From the NCBI RefSeq assembly GCF_006345805.1, contig NC_043000.1, positions 133,548,001 through 133,612,000 of the forward strand: a stretch of DNA of 64,000 bases. The letters are read 5' to 3'. Shown in pieces: positions 24,603-38,537 of this stretch (within the stretch, counting starts at the first letter, position 1; every line of letters starts with the position of its first letter). The translations under genes were made by a program, and so were the position numbers. The notes under the pieces were generated by a model. It was not told the origin of the DNA. It did not search any database and was given only the letters and a program-made list of their open reading frames with translations. The stretch comes from Octopus sinensis. Taxonomy: Eukaryota.

Positions 24603-25006
24603 GGGCAGCGAGCTGGCAGAAACGTTAGCACGCCGGGCGAAATGCTTTGCAGTATTTCGTCTGCCGCTACGTTCTGAGTTCAAATTCCGCCTAGGTCGAC
24701 TTTGCCTTTCATCCTTTCGGGGTCGATTAAATAAGTACCAGTTACGCACTGGCGTCGATATAATCGACTTAATCCATTTGTCTGTCCTTGTTTGTCCTCT
24801 CTGTGTTTAGACCCTTGTGGGTAGTAAAGAAATAGGTATTTCGTCTGCCGCTACGTTCTGAGTTCAAATTCCGCCGAGGTCGACTTTGCCTTTCATCCTT
24901 TCGGGGTCGATTAAATAAGTACCAGTTACGCACTGGAGTCGATATAATCGACTTAATCCGTTTGTCTGTCCCCTCTGTGTGTAGCCCCTTGTGGGTGGTA
25001 AAGAAG
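24603..25006 (+). mobile_element. Young dimeric family B SINE
   Basis: Junction aaagaaatag/gtatttcg at 24835/24836; 24-bp TSD taagaagtgtcctttg(a/g)attaaca at 24579-24602 and 25007-25030. Confidence 0.95.
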
Positions 25007-25619
25007 TAAGAAGTGTCCTTTGGATTAACATTAACTGCCACATGCTTCCGTGGTAAATTTTCAACGCAAACAAATACGAACGTTTAATCATCAATTTGTC
25101 CTAAAGTAAATATGTATATTCTGTGGCAATGTGGCTTTCAATAATAAAAATTCAAAGATTTAACGTTTCCGATTAGCCTACTAGTTTTGCTTTAGCCTAG
25201 TATAATACCTTGAATAAGCATCAAGGTTAAACTTCAAATGAGAGAGACTGATGTTTGTTTTTGTTCAATAATGGAATTATCGTGTTCTTAGGAGAAACAC
25301 TTAGTATACAATTTCAAATACCATAAAAGATAAAACATATATATAATTTTTTTTTCATTGCTTTGCTTTCACGTTTATATCTATTGATAACAAATTATGT
25401 TTTCTTAATATTAAATTGTTTTCAATTAACGTTTTAATCTAAAGCAAGTGTAACTAAACAACAAAATTTGGTAAATCATTTATTTGCCGCTCGTGCTGAT
25501 TTGTATCTTATCGAAATCGTTATTACAGTTTTCCACCTTGTTCGCAGCCTTGGTTTATTCCGAAAGAGCATGTTGGCGAACCCACACACTTTTTACCGAT
25601 AACAGTTGGTCAGATTAAG

Positions 25620-26013
25620 AGATCTTTTCGGTTTGAACGGCAGTTTTTAACATAATTTCTAGTTAACTAAAAAATTTTAAACTTCGTATACTGGAAGAAT
25701 GTGTTTATAAAACATCTTTTCTCTTGGCTTTATTGAGAAAATTCTATAGTTTGTAAGATATTTGTTGTTTTTTTTCTTCAATTTCTGCAATTTCAACCAA
25801 TCACTGCCGTCTATTGAGTTAAAAAGCATTCTGTCCCTCGTTTAAGAAACAGATTGGGTTTATTTACATTTGTGAAGAAAAAAAGATACCCTTCTCCCTA
25901 CCCTAACCCTAAAACAGATTGAAATGCAATAGATCGATACTAGGGTCATAATTATGGGTGACAATTTCATATGACACCGCTAGAGAAAACTGCCGTTCAA
26001 ACCGAAAAGATCC
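25620..26013. mobile_element. Monomeric Merlin-like MITE, 394 bp, about 27-bp TIRs
   Basis: (A)GATCTTTTCGGTTTGAACGGCAGTTT...AAACTGCCGTTCAAACCGAAAAGATCC; 8-bp TSD agattaag at 25612-25619 and 26014-26021; body homologous to the left arm of 9818-10633. Confidence 0.88.
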
Positions 26014-27633
26014 AGATTAAGTGTGAAACCATCTGCTGAAATACGACTTGCACTAAATAAATTTCTGTCCATCAATCTTACGCAAAATAAACCCAGAAAA
26101 AAACATTTATGAACTCTATGGTGTGATAGTATACGCTTCCTCCTTCATTTGCACTAAACAGATCAACAGGAGAAATTAGAACCCTCGCAACATATGCTAC
26201 AGTGGATGCAGAAGTCTCAAGCCTAGATTCGATCTTGAAGATTTACATAGAAAATTATCCCAAATTTTACTGAAACAAAATTGATTGCTGACAAAATCAA
26301 AATTGAATCCTATCTCCGAACAAAAAAAAATCAGCAGAAGAGTAAGACTAACTATGATGAATCATTGAAGAACGTCCGAAATTATTTTCGTAATGGCTCT
26401 GATGAACATGAATTTGAATTCAAACAATGTCTTAGTTGTTCATTCGGTGATTGCTGAAATATGAGAGCGGTTTGACACTGCAGCCACAATTCATGGATTA
26501 GTCTACCACTTGGTGACAATATCAAAAGTATGACGGAAGTAGAACTCAGCACTTCCAAGAAAAGTCAAAAACCTTCCTAGATAATTTATTCCTAGATAAG
26601 GGCTTTCTTTACTCTTTTCGTGTTTGGCACCCAAGTGTTTATGCCATTTTTGCGGAGGATTTGCTGGTGAATAGGCACAGAAAAATGATAGAAATAAATT
26701 CCTGATCGTACTTAGAGAATGCAAGATTTTAGTCTCTTCCAAAGTACTGTTCTCGGTTGTATAATCTTCCACGTGGCATCTTTTCTGGTAAGCTTCACGG
26801 TTAGTTGAGAACAATTCAAGCATCTGTTATGAGATCTCGGAACGAAGTTGGACGGTGTTTATGCAAGAGCTGTCTCAAACTCATACAAGCTATAAAAAAT
26901 ATTCTTGAAAAAGATCATATCCTTAAACACTTAGTACGCAATTTCAAATACCACAGAAGATAAAAAATATATATATTTCATTGCTTTATTGATACCAAAT
27001 TATGTTTTCTTAAATTGGCCTACCTTTATCTGTAACAATTTCTATATCGCACAAAGCTATTGCTATTAAAAAAAGAACATCTTCAAAAGGTTAGTACGCT
27101 GTTTCAAATACTATGGAAGATGGAAAGCAATTTGTTTCCCGTCTCAGTTCCTCATTTAAAAGAAAACTGATAATAATTGTGATACAAGTGTTGAAAAAAT
27201 TATTTTCAATCTTGCATTGCATTTGAAACCGTATACAAATTTCTCGAAGATATGACAAAGTAGAATTTAAATAATGATAGCATTGCAAATATATTCTCTC
27301 TCTCTCTCTCCCTCCTTTATGGGTAGTGTGCGTATCATGAAAAGTGAATGTAAAAGTATGAATTTGGAGAAAGATGTTATTGAAAGACCATAGGAGAAAG
27401 AAAACCAGTTTGGTGTAGCAAAGTTACAACGTTTCTGTACCTCACATTAATACTCTTCTACTAAGAGACCTCGGGCCCAGGGTTTTTTATGCTTTGAATT
27501 CGTCTGGATTTGGATCGCTTCGGGAAATTTGCAAAGGAGTTCTTGAAGAATTGGTGACCTTGTTTCAAGACAAACACCGACGCTTATATATATATATACA
27601 TATGCCTATGATACACACACACATATATATATA

Positions 27634-27945
27634 TTTTATTTTATCTAGTTTCAGCTCACGAGCTGTGGCCATGCTGGGGCACCGCCTTTTGGTGTTGCTA
27701 CATGATTTTACTTCACGAATGCTTTTTAGCAATTGCCATTTAGTGCATGAGAGAGTTCGATGCAACTGCCCTCATCTGCACCTCCTGCCGTGAAGTTGGT
27801 TCATCTGGGACACCTGACAGGAAGAGATCCAGTTTTATTTTAAAGACATCTGCATCCACCCCATGCAGGTCTCTCGGGTTCTTCGGGAGGATATTGAAGA
27901 GCTGTGGGCCTCTGAAGCCCAGGCTATCACAGTATCTTGTCCTAC

Positions 27946-27947
<2 letters not shown>
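27634..27947 (-). mobile_element. 3' end of an L2/CR1-group LINE
   Basis: RTRYCDSLGFRGPQLFNILPK..DVFKIKLDLFLSGVPDEP..RAVASNSL, then 3' UTR ending GGCGGTGCCCCAGCATGGCCACAGCTCGTGAGCTGAAACTAGATAAAATAAAAT; exact clade uncertain. Confidence 0.8.
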
Positions 27948-27991
<44 letters not shown>

Positions 27992-29749
27992 GTGTATATA
28001 TTTATATTGGTTATTCACCTAATGTATTATTTATCACAAAATATTGCTGAAATCTTACAATACAATTTTGCTAACCGATAGAACAACAATAATATCGATC
28101 ATACTGTCTGTTATAGGTTTGCAATTGCTAAGTATTTCTTCAACATATAAGTCCCCCCGAAAAATTCTTAACTTTTTCTTCAAGGACGGAAACGTGTTTC
28201 AGGCCTTGATTCAAAAATGCATAACAATTCATCACACAGTGATGACAGGGGTGAATAATAATATAAAAGAAGGGAACATTATAATTATATTTACGGCTAC
28301 TATAATCACTGTTGACAACCTCGTCAGAAAGTCTATTTCATCTCCGAGTCTACGTCGCTTTTGTGAATACGAACAGCAAAATTATAAAGGGTAAGTCATT
28401 ATTATATTCATTACATAACTGAGAAGTTTAGTAATATACTAAAGGCAAATTGTAATTATTTATAACATACACAATCATAGTCAATTGATTATTGTTGGAA
28501 CCTCCAAAAACGCTGTTGAAAGAAACTGCTGCTTGGCTTCTATACGCATAAAAATCCATATATACCAAACTTATTGCTCTACTCACATAGTATTGATGCA
28601 ACTTAAGATACACAGTTTCCAAACTGTCTGATAGAATGTAAGAAAAATTATATATAAAACCAAATACCCGAAATATATGGCTCATTCAGTTATACTTAAA
28701 GGAAAACGAATTATTGATTTTACTTCATTGTTGATGTATTTTGTTTCAAAATGTCATTCGTTTGGCAGACTGGTTATTTTTTAAACATAAACTTGATTAT
28801 TGCAATCTAATCCTCATATGAAATTTTGAGAAGAACAGGAAATAGCTTATAAACCACTTTATAGAATAATGTTATATATTGTCATATTAAAGCGTTAATA
28901 TGTTTTGTGTCGCAAATATTAAAAATTCTAAATTGAAAAGTTAGCATCTTCAGTTCTCTATGATGTTTGTGCAATTTGGAATTAGTTGGGCTCTTTGGAA
29001 GTTCATAACATTTCTGCTATGAATGTGACTGTAAACCAAAACCTTCTTAGCACTTAGTGTTCAAAACTTAGAATGACTATAATTTTGTTACTCTGCCACA
29101 AATCCTACAGTTCTTAAGGAATAAAAAAAAAAAAAAAACATAATCGAGATAGTCGCCCTCATTCCCCCAGTTCCCATTATATTGACTTCTTGTTTGTTAA
29201 AGATCAGTGTCAGCCAACGTGAGATGTGAATTTGTAATGTAGGGGGAACGATAGTAAATATCGTTTGGCATTTCGTCCAGCACTATAATAGCATCCTAAG
29301 GCTTAAGCACAGAATGGTACTGAATAGATTTGAGTACATCATATAGACAATAACTAAATACACAACCTTTCAGGTCATATATTTATACTTATCGTTCAAC
29401 CTAACTGATAATGTGTTAGCTAATCTGATAGATTATCTCCTAATACAAAGTTTGGATGTAACAAATCAACTCGGCTGTTAAAAATGACACACATAGCAAT
29501 AATATATTTCAAGTATACATAAATTATCTCATCCAAACCAGTGTCCTGGTTTTCCTGCAAATGCGACCACTGAATTATAATACCGATGCTAAGGCAATAC
29601 TCGAAGATCATTCCAAGGATTATCTTTCTAATAATTCCTCATGATAATTCCAATGATTATCTCTTTTTTTGAATAAATGATTTTAAATAAAACAAGAGTA
29701 TCTACCACATGTGAGTTTACAGGTTAAATTTTCCAAAATTATATCCATA

Positions 29750-29914
29750 GGCGCAGGAGTGGATGTGTGGTAAGTAGCTTGTTTACCAACCACATGGTCC
29801 CGGGTTCAGTCCCACTGCGTGGCACCTTGGGCAAGAGTCTTCTACAATAGCCTCGGGCCGACCAATGCCTTGTGTGTGGATTTGGTAGACGGAAACTGAA
29901 AGAAGCCCGTCGTA

Positions 29915-29956
<42 letters not shown>

Positions 29957-30158
29957 TGTGTGTCTGTGTTTGTCCCCCTAGCATTGCTTGACAACCGATG
30001 CTGGTGTGTTTATGTCTCCGTTACTTAGCGGCTCGGCAAAAGAGACCGATAGAATAAGTACTGGGCTTACAAAAGAATAAGTCCCGGAGTCGAGTTGCTC
30101 GACTAAAAGGCGGTGCTCCAGCATGGCTGCAGTCAGATGACTGAAAAAGTAAAGGAGT
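29750..30158 (+). mobile_element. Family A SINE, full length
   Basis: tRNA-like head, internal (TA)n(TG)n, tail ggcggtgctccagcatggctgcagtcagatgactgaaa. Confidence 0.93.
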
Positions 30159-30878
30159 ATAGGTTGGAATGGCTTAAAAAGCAGATGAATGAAAAATTAA
30201 AATAGCAAGCTACTGGCATATACTTATTGATTAACTTTTATACATTGCACATATTGGTTTCTTTTGACTAAACATAGGTCAGTTGTTATTCATGAAATAT
30301 ATAATAAATAGAATGGACTCTAATAATATTTATATTTTCTGCGGTTGTATTACGAAGTTTGCTGTTCCAATTCATATTTGATAACTGGATTTAGAATATG
30401 ATTAGAATAGTATTTGGAATAGGAAAGGTACACACGCATACAAATTGCCTTAATTTTCTTTAAATCATGTTTGCTCATTCAATTTCTCCTTCTTACTACA
30501 TTGGTTTTATTTAAAAAAGATTATGAGCCCAGAATTGAAAGTCAGCGAAACAGATCGCTTATATAGTTGTTGCTACCTACAATAATAAACTTATCCTCTC
30601 TTTTACTTGGGAGGAATGAAAAGCAGCTAATGTAAAAAATGTGGTTCATATCGGATTATTACTGGTAAATACAATCACGTGATATTGTATCTGCAGCAGT
30701 CTTACTCAATAGGGCAAATAAACTCAAAATAGAATGATAGAAACATATTTACCTTCGTATGTGTTTATGATGAGATGTGCAATAATGTCTCAAGAAACAA
30801 ATACATCCATAACAACTATGTAATAATAGCCCACCAGTAAAATGATATGGCTAAAATGAATTGTCCACTATAATTATG

Positions 30879-30914
<36 letters not shown>

Positions 30915-31740
30915 GTTTCATATTTTGAATCGTTGATATTACTTCCAGTAACATTGTTTGTTATAAACGGCATAATCGAATTGATCAAATACTTTATTCA
31001 ATAAAGTAAATGTTTTATCTACAGAAATGTTAAATTCTGCTTTCGAGATAAAATTACTTTACTATAAATGAAAACTTAAGTTAGAGGTTATAGATTTACG
31101 ATAAGTAGTAATTTATATGGTAAAGGAAATTAAATCCTACCAACACTCTATAATAGTTAAGTGTCAAAGAGATCACATGTTAATTCTATAAAAATGTAAA
31201 ATTATTTACTATTTTGATTTAAGTTATAAGAAATTTCAGTTGTTTATATAAAATTATGGTTACATTTTATCTGTTGTACATTAAATAGGAAATTTCTGTC
31301 TTTTGTATTTCAGTATATTTAAAATTTTTTCCTTTCTTTTTTTCACTGTGTACGAAATAAAGAGACTTGATATAGACATGTCTAATAGATAGGTACCGTA
31401 CGACAGGTTAAACGCTGGCTTGGAGAGCTTAACTCATTCCAGTTTGATTTATAGATGTATTATGACTTGACTATTAACGAAATTTGTTTATAATGTTACA
31501 ATATATTTCTACAATAACGATTTCTGAACAGTACATGCAAAGAACCCATCAAAAACGATAAAACGAAAAAAGAATGGAAATACAAGATAATCAGGAAATA
31601 TATGTGACAGTGATAATTATTGGGGTTTTATAGCACCGATTTATTTAGAAATGATGCAACAAACATTACAAGAATGGTTTCTTAACCCTTTCCTTGTTAT
31701 TTGTATTAATCTTCAAAATCTTTTTCCTGATATTTTTTTC

Positions 31741-32042
31741 ATCGCCCTTATCAAGCCTAGCCAGGCTCATGAGCCCGGTTTCTGTGGCGTATGTGTTCCC
31801 CCCACCAGCTGGACGGGACGCCAGTCCATCGCAGCATTACTCAAGAAACAGGAAGAGAGAGTGAAAGAAAGGTGGGGCGAAAGAGTACAACAGGGGTCGC
31901 CACCACCCCCTACAGGAGCCCCGTGGAGTTTTTTATGTGTTTTCGCTCAATAAACACGCACAACGCCCGGTATGGGAATCGAAACCGCGATCCTCCGACC
32001 GCGAGTCCACCGCCCTAACCACTGGGTCATTGCGCCTCCACA
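31741..32042 (-). mobile_element. Family C SINE
   Basis: Head gtggaggcgcaatgacccagtggttagg; V-like block; TSD about ctgatatttt. Confidence 0.9.
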
Positions 32043-33480
32043 CTGATATTTTTACTTAGGTAAAAACAACACTAGAATATCGAAACCTTCATGCTGGTTT
32101 TAGAAAAGAAAGAACAGCCCCTCCCCTACAAATATTTGCACACGCAAATGTTTGTAAAGTAATTAGCTTTGTGATGCATTGTGAGTTTTTGAAAATATGG
32201 CAATTCCAGGGAATTGCAGATGGTGCTTGATGAGCGGTACATTGAATCAGAGGACTCCAAATTACCTCTTTGTTAGTTTCGGCTTCAACAGATCGTGTCT
32301 GTGATCATTTAACTAACATTTTTGTCGTTTTATTCCACAAGCCTTTTAAGCATAACGAATGCATTAATTTTCAGTGAGATGACATCCTTGATGATTATTT
32401 CCTATAGGAAATCAGAGCCACAATTTCGTTCATCTGAATAAAACCGACTCATCATTCAAATATTTCCACTTTTCCCCGTGAGTTGTGATTAACTTCATAG
32501 GCATCTCATAAATTTCTTCCTGCATTCTTTTTGAAAATTTAGAATTGCAGTTTGATTTTTATAAAATGTTCAAAATTTTATTGAAGGCATCAAAAAGTGT
32601 TATAGGGTATGGATTCAGTCCTGTGTCATGTACCTGACCCGAGGGTTACCTCTTGTAATGTAATTGCAGCAAACTATATGTCTTGTTCTATATGTACTGA
32701 TAACGTTTACTCAAACCGGTCCCACCTTGAAACAAGTAAGTCTAGTGCTCCCATTATTCTCTGAATACAGTGCCCCGCAATTTTGTACTTGTTTCATATT
32801 CTATCCTTTTGTTTTCTTGTAATTACGTTGGGAAATGAATCACATAAAATTTGTACAAACTATATTAATTTCTTCTTGCTTTTTAAAAGGACACTGAAAA
32901 TGCAAAATAATCAAATTTTCCATTAAAATATAGACTTTAATGCGATATTTATGATATAATAAAATATACAATTTACAGAGAAACCAATAAGTGTAAATTT
33001 AAATTTGATATTGTTTTATAGAAGGCATTTTATTCGCTCGATTGAGGAAAATATATGAAATTATAATGAATTAAAGCTATTGCTTACAAATAGATCACGT
33101 ATCAATTTCATCAACTAATGAGCAGCAGGCAATGTTTTATGAAAATGTAGGATGTATAATTGATGTTTTGAACTGAGGCGTTTAGAACTGGCTTCAATGT
33201 ACAACCGAGAAAACTGAAATAACTCGTGCAATATACTTGAAACCAAGTATAAGTTGATAATTCATACACCTTGATTTCATTTCTTGTTTGCAGAGCGATG
33301 AAGGATGTATTTGACAGGCTACAACAAAACCTTAAATGTAATGGATTATTATAGTAAAAGTTATATTGATTTCCATAGTTGGAAGGCCCCATTTTTGTAA
33401 GAGAAATGAGATTGTGTCACGTTCATGTCCACCGAAATCTGTCAAGCAAAACTTAAAGTTCCAGTCAATATGAATTTTAT

Positions 33481-33516
<36 letters not shown>

Positions 33517-35592
33517 ATATATATCTACACAAACATACATATATGTATATACATGCATACGAGATAGTTGAATATGTGTGTATATATATAATATACATGC
33601 ATTTGCGTACTTTCTCACTCACACACATATCCCATGATTTCAAGTATGTGTGGTTCGATATGAAAAACATTCATTTCATGACATACATGTCCAAACGTAT
33701 ATGTATACAATTTTTTAAAACTAAAATCACAAATGTACACACGCACATGCATACATATGTACATACATGTATGTATGTACATATGTATACGTACATGTAT
33801 GCATTCATAAATATAGCCTTCATTTGCGAAATAATGTTTGAGTTGTTCTTAATAGCTAGGCAGCGATGTATTCTGCAAAACCGATTTTATTCCAGCTTGT
33901 CATAAACTGCACATAAAAAATTCAAAATGCCTTTTAGTAGTGGCAAATAAATATGATTGATGTAAGCAACACGCGGCTGAACAGTTATCAATTTTCGGTT
34001 ATTAACTGCAGAGGTATTTTATCTGACGCCGAGATACTTGCACAGGCGCCATTGTAAGTTGGGGGATGTATCTCCATGTTTGTAGAACAAGGACATTACA
34101 ATTATGGAGAGAGAAACAACTTTATTTCTTTTCAAAAATCATTAAATTTAAATGGCAGGATTTAATAAAGATAATTTCAGTACCACTGAAGACATCTTGC
34201 AAATATTCAGCTCAGCAAGTTAGGATTAACCCGGAAATTTTATATATATATATTTTTTTTTCTTACACACACACACACACTTACAGTATATGCATCAAAA
34301 GATGTGATCATTAAATCTCGTATAGTCATATATTTTTCTCTCAATTGAAAAATGACAATTTTGCAGCCTTTAAAGGTTTTTTTAAAAACTATATATATCT
34401 TCCCATTTTTCAATGCCTACTTGTTATGATTCAATCTTCCCTTCATTATTAATATACAATATGTAATACCTGGCCAAAGTAATTTAGTTCCGGGTACTAC
34501 CTTGTTGCGAGTAACTATTTTCCACAGCATAACCCTTTTATACGCGAATATTTGACGCATCACCGTTTGACTTTAGTTACTAATCCAACCTCTGGCACAG
34601 GGTTTCGATTTTTTTAATACTTACAACAAAACTGTACAAGTGCATTAATCGCCCTCTTACTTCCCCTTTGGGGGCGGTGCCGCTCATTTTCATAAACAAT
34701 GATTTAAAACTTATGCATCAAAATCTACGAAATAAATCTTTTAATTTTGGAATCTCAAATAGTGATGTTTTTTTTTAAATATGTATAAGGATCGAAGAGA
34801 TATTGAATAATTATTATCTCAGTGTTTTTTCATAAGGCGAAATTAAGGGAACCAGTACATTGAAACTTTAATGCTGCTGTATGTCACTTACTAGTTATCT
34901 GTATTTTTTTGGGTTTTTTTTTGAGATGAGGAATTATCTTTTATTATACACTGTTTTACTCGGAATAGTATCTTCATCTTGGTTCTTATATTTACTTTTC
35001 GACCGTTCTACTCACGGACCTTCTACTCGTTTCTTCTATTCGATAATACTCTCGGAATTTCAATGGAACGGTTAATATAATTGATGGTTTAAATGTAGTG
35101 GGTTAATTAGTGGGCCTCAGTTGAATACCCAAGTCAAGCAAACAGCATACACCTTGGTTCAGGTGGCATCCAAATAGAAGAAAAGCTAATAGGAAAATAT
35201 CCCTGGTATGGACAACCGAATAAGAACAACTTACTCTCGTGAATTTAAAGGGTTCGGCCTAAAATAATGAAAACTTTACCGAATATAACAGTAACCAAAA
35301 GAGGCTTCTAAAGAGGACCGGAGGGTGTGTATTATATATGACAATTAAAAATAATGTTCTCCATTGTTTCAATACAGAATCCGCGTCTCTCTTAATTCCC
35401 AAAATATTTGGAAAAAATTATGTAATTTCCAGAAGACAACAAAGAATTTTGTAGAATTTGCTTTCAGCAGACACTTTATGATAGTTCAGCTCTTAGCTAA
35501 AACTACACATATTTTCTCATCTTTAACACTTAAAAGCCTACAACCCTTAAAAGTCCAATGACATTTCCCTATTGTAACCATCCTTTATATTT

Positions 35593-35815
35593 GATATCCT
35601 TTTTACTATAGGCACAAGGCTTGAAAATTTGGGGGAGGGGACTGGTCACTTACATCGGCCCCAGTATTCAACTGGTACTTAGTTTTATCGACCCTGAAAG
35701 GATGAAATGCAAAGTCGACCTCGGCGGAATTTGAACTCAGAACGTCTTTAAGACGGACGAAATGCTGCTAAGCAATTTGCCCGGCGCGCTAACGATTCTG
35801 CCAGCTCACCACCTT
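35593..35815 (-). mobile_element. Old family B SINE with old-type tail
   Basis: Tail cccctcccccaaattttcaagccttgtgcctatagtaaaaaggat; 13-bp TSD atcctttatattt. Confidence 0.9.
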
Positions 35816-36924
35816 ATCCTTTATATTTAGTATGAAGTTTATAAGTAATACTTTTTTATCTTTAGCAAATTACTATATCTTATGAAATACTGGTTTAAAT
35901 AAGATTAATATTTCTATAGAAAAAAATAACTTATTTAAAAAAATTAAGTTTAACTTTTCAAATAAAATGTTGTCGTTATAGTCATAAAGTTCAATAATAA
36001 AGTATGGGATGTAATTCCACTCTGGAACGAACCGGACCTACAACTTAAAGTCGTTAAAACAAATACCAGTAACAAACTAATATTTATGAAAAACAAATTT
36101 AAATGACAACGAACTTTTTTGTCCTACCTAAGAGTTGAAGACAAAGAGACAAAGTAATTTGGTAAACAAAAATAAAAAAAAACATTCTAATATTAAAACA
36201 GTTTATCCTCAACTTGGGTCATCGTAGTGATGACACTGATGGCCGCATATAGTAGTTTTTATTGAATCTATCCACCATTGTTGGTATTTATTCAGACTTT
36301 ACTGATAACAAGGAAATAAATCTCTGTGGTGTGCGGCTTTCATTGATATCGGTGCTTTCAATCATAATTTAGTTACACACCATTATCTATTATGGAGATT
36401 ATAAAAGATAATCTACAAAGTTTATGGCCAAGCCTTAGCTGTTCTTGGCCGGAACTATCTTTGATTAGTGATGTCAGATAAATTTTGATTCATGATATTA
36501 AGATTGAATCAACACTCTTGATAACAGTTTTCCAATTATAAGCATTGATTATTCAGATTCTGTAGTGACAAAGTGGGTATTTTACATATAACTGACGATG
36601 TGAACAAGATAGAAGAAATACTTTCTGTCATCAGCGATGTATCCATCTTAAGTAACGTATTATTATATAAGCGGTCGCATTGTATCAAGAAGTATGGTGC
36701 ATCATGAAATATCAAACTTGCTCTCGACTGAAATAAGAATAGTGAAGTATGGAATGACATACACTTGTTGAGGAATCGGTAGACTTTATTAAACATGATA
36801 ATCTTATTAATTTTGAACAAAGGCGGATGCGTCCCATACTTATGATAGAACGGTAACAAAAATGCGTAAAGTTTAAAGGAAATAGGTGATGTAAGTGAAA
36901 TAACTTTAAACGGAAATCAAAGTG

Positions 36925-37200
36925 GAACGATGATGATATTGATGATCATGGTGGATCATGATGGCAATGATAGACGACGATAGTAGGGGTGATGATGATT
37001 ACAGCGGTGGTGGGAAGGATATTATTGATGACAATGGTTAACGATGATGGTGCAGGTAATGGTAATGATGATGATGTTGATAAATGATTGATGATAATGG
37101 TGGTGGTTTCGATAATGGCAACGAAAGTAATGACGATGAAAAATGTGAATACGTGGTGGCGATGGTGATAATGACAACGATGAAGATGAAGTGTAAAAGT
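36925..37200. repeat. Degenerate (GAT/GGT)n low-complexity tract
   Basis: Direct reading; explains the H/T/I-rich ORFs. Confidence 0.8.
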
Positions 37201-37904
37201 GGAATTCAAACAATAAGACTGTAAATGCTGCTGGGAAAATACCCGGAGATTTGGGATTAGAACTCACTAGAGAGACGATATCTCACTCTGTATTAGTTTA
37301 TAAATCATAGAACTAAGTTATAAATACGACAGTCCACAGAAATTTTATGTTTGATTGCCGTGAAAAGTGTTGAGTCGAATGTTACAGAGGATCTTGTCCT
37401 TCAAAGAAATGTTGAGAAAGACCGAGGCGTTATTAGCTTAGCTGTTGTACAATGTACAGCTTACTAGTTTCCAGGATTTCTAGCATTTTTACTGTCTCAC
37501 AACCAAGTTATTGGTTATTTTAGACTACAAATATTGGCAATTAGGGAAGTCTAACGTTTTATAACTCATCGACAATGAAATAATGAAAACTAATGAGTAT
37601 CTCGGGAGATATGAAATTAGAACTTTGAATTTCGAAGAAATGATGGAAACGATGAGAAAAAAGACAGAAATAGGAAACGGAGAAACAGAAGAGAGAAAAA
37701 AAGAAAGAAAACAAATAAGCAGAAGGAGGAGGAGAAAAGCAGATGAAAGTGGATGATGATAAGATGTTCACAACAATGAAAGAATTGAACGCTACGAAAA
37801 CGGAGCAAAAGCAATGATATAAAGACGAAATTGAAAAAGAACATGAGTTAATGAATTAAACAACTCCCACACATCATAAATCTATTTCAGACTTACTTTA
37901 ATAT

Positions 37905-38115
37905 TGGTTTCAAATTTTGGTACAAGGCCAGCAATTTCGGCAGACAGACTAAGTCAATTACATCGACTCCAATATTCAACTGGTACTTATTTCATCGACC
38001 ACGAAAGGATGAAAAGCTAAGTTAACATCGAAGACATTTGATCACAGAATGTAAAGACGGACGAAATGCAGCTAAAGATTTTGCCCGGTGTGCTAACGAT
38101 TCTGCCGACTCGTAA
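37905..38115 (-). mobile_element. Old family B SINE
   Basis: Head cggcagaatcgttagcacaccgggcaaaatc; central block; tail. Confidence 0.8.
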
Positions 38116-38210
38116 TATTCACAGAGGTTTTAGTTCCTTCATATTGGGAGCACAATCCAACCTTTATAATAACCATCACCACTATTTAGAATATAAAATA
38201 AACATTACAT

Positions 38211-38500
38211 AGGCGTAGGAGTGGTTGCGTGGTAAGTAGCTTGCTTACGAACAACATGGTTCCGGGTTCAGTCTCACTGCCTGGTACCTTGGGCAAGTGT
38301 CTTCTACTATAGCCTCGGGCCGACCAAAGCCTTGTGAGTGGATTTGGTAGACAGAAACTGAAAGAAGCCCGTCGTATATATATATATATGTGCGTGTGTG
38401 TGTTTGTGTTTCTGTGTCGACCTGGGGTCGATTTACTCGACTAAAGGCGGTGCTCCAGTATGGCCACAGTCAAATGACTGAAACAAGTAAAAGAGTAAAG
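38211..38500 (+). mobile_element. Family A SINE with an internal deletion
   Basis: Head ggcgtaggagtggttgcgtggtaag; tail ggcggtgctccagtatggccacagtcaaatgactgaaacaagtaaaag. Confidence 0.9.
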
Positions 38501-38537
38501 GAGAGAGTATATGAAATAATACTCATATGCATATATA

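Noticed and set aside
32670-32735. 66-nt candidate exon reading either as a signal-peptide-like or a C2H2-like peptide (SCSICTDNVYSNRSHLET)
   Set aside because: Zinc-finger spacing is wrong, the His ligands are missing, and it is phase-incompatible with the neighbouring candidate exons
36050-36860. Possible Penelope-like RT relic (SDKVG..., MRPIL)
   Set aside because: Motif matches are too short and broken to support without an HMM search
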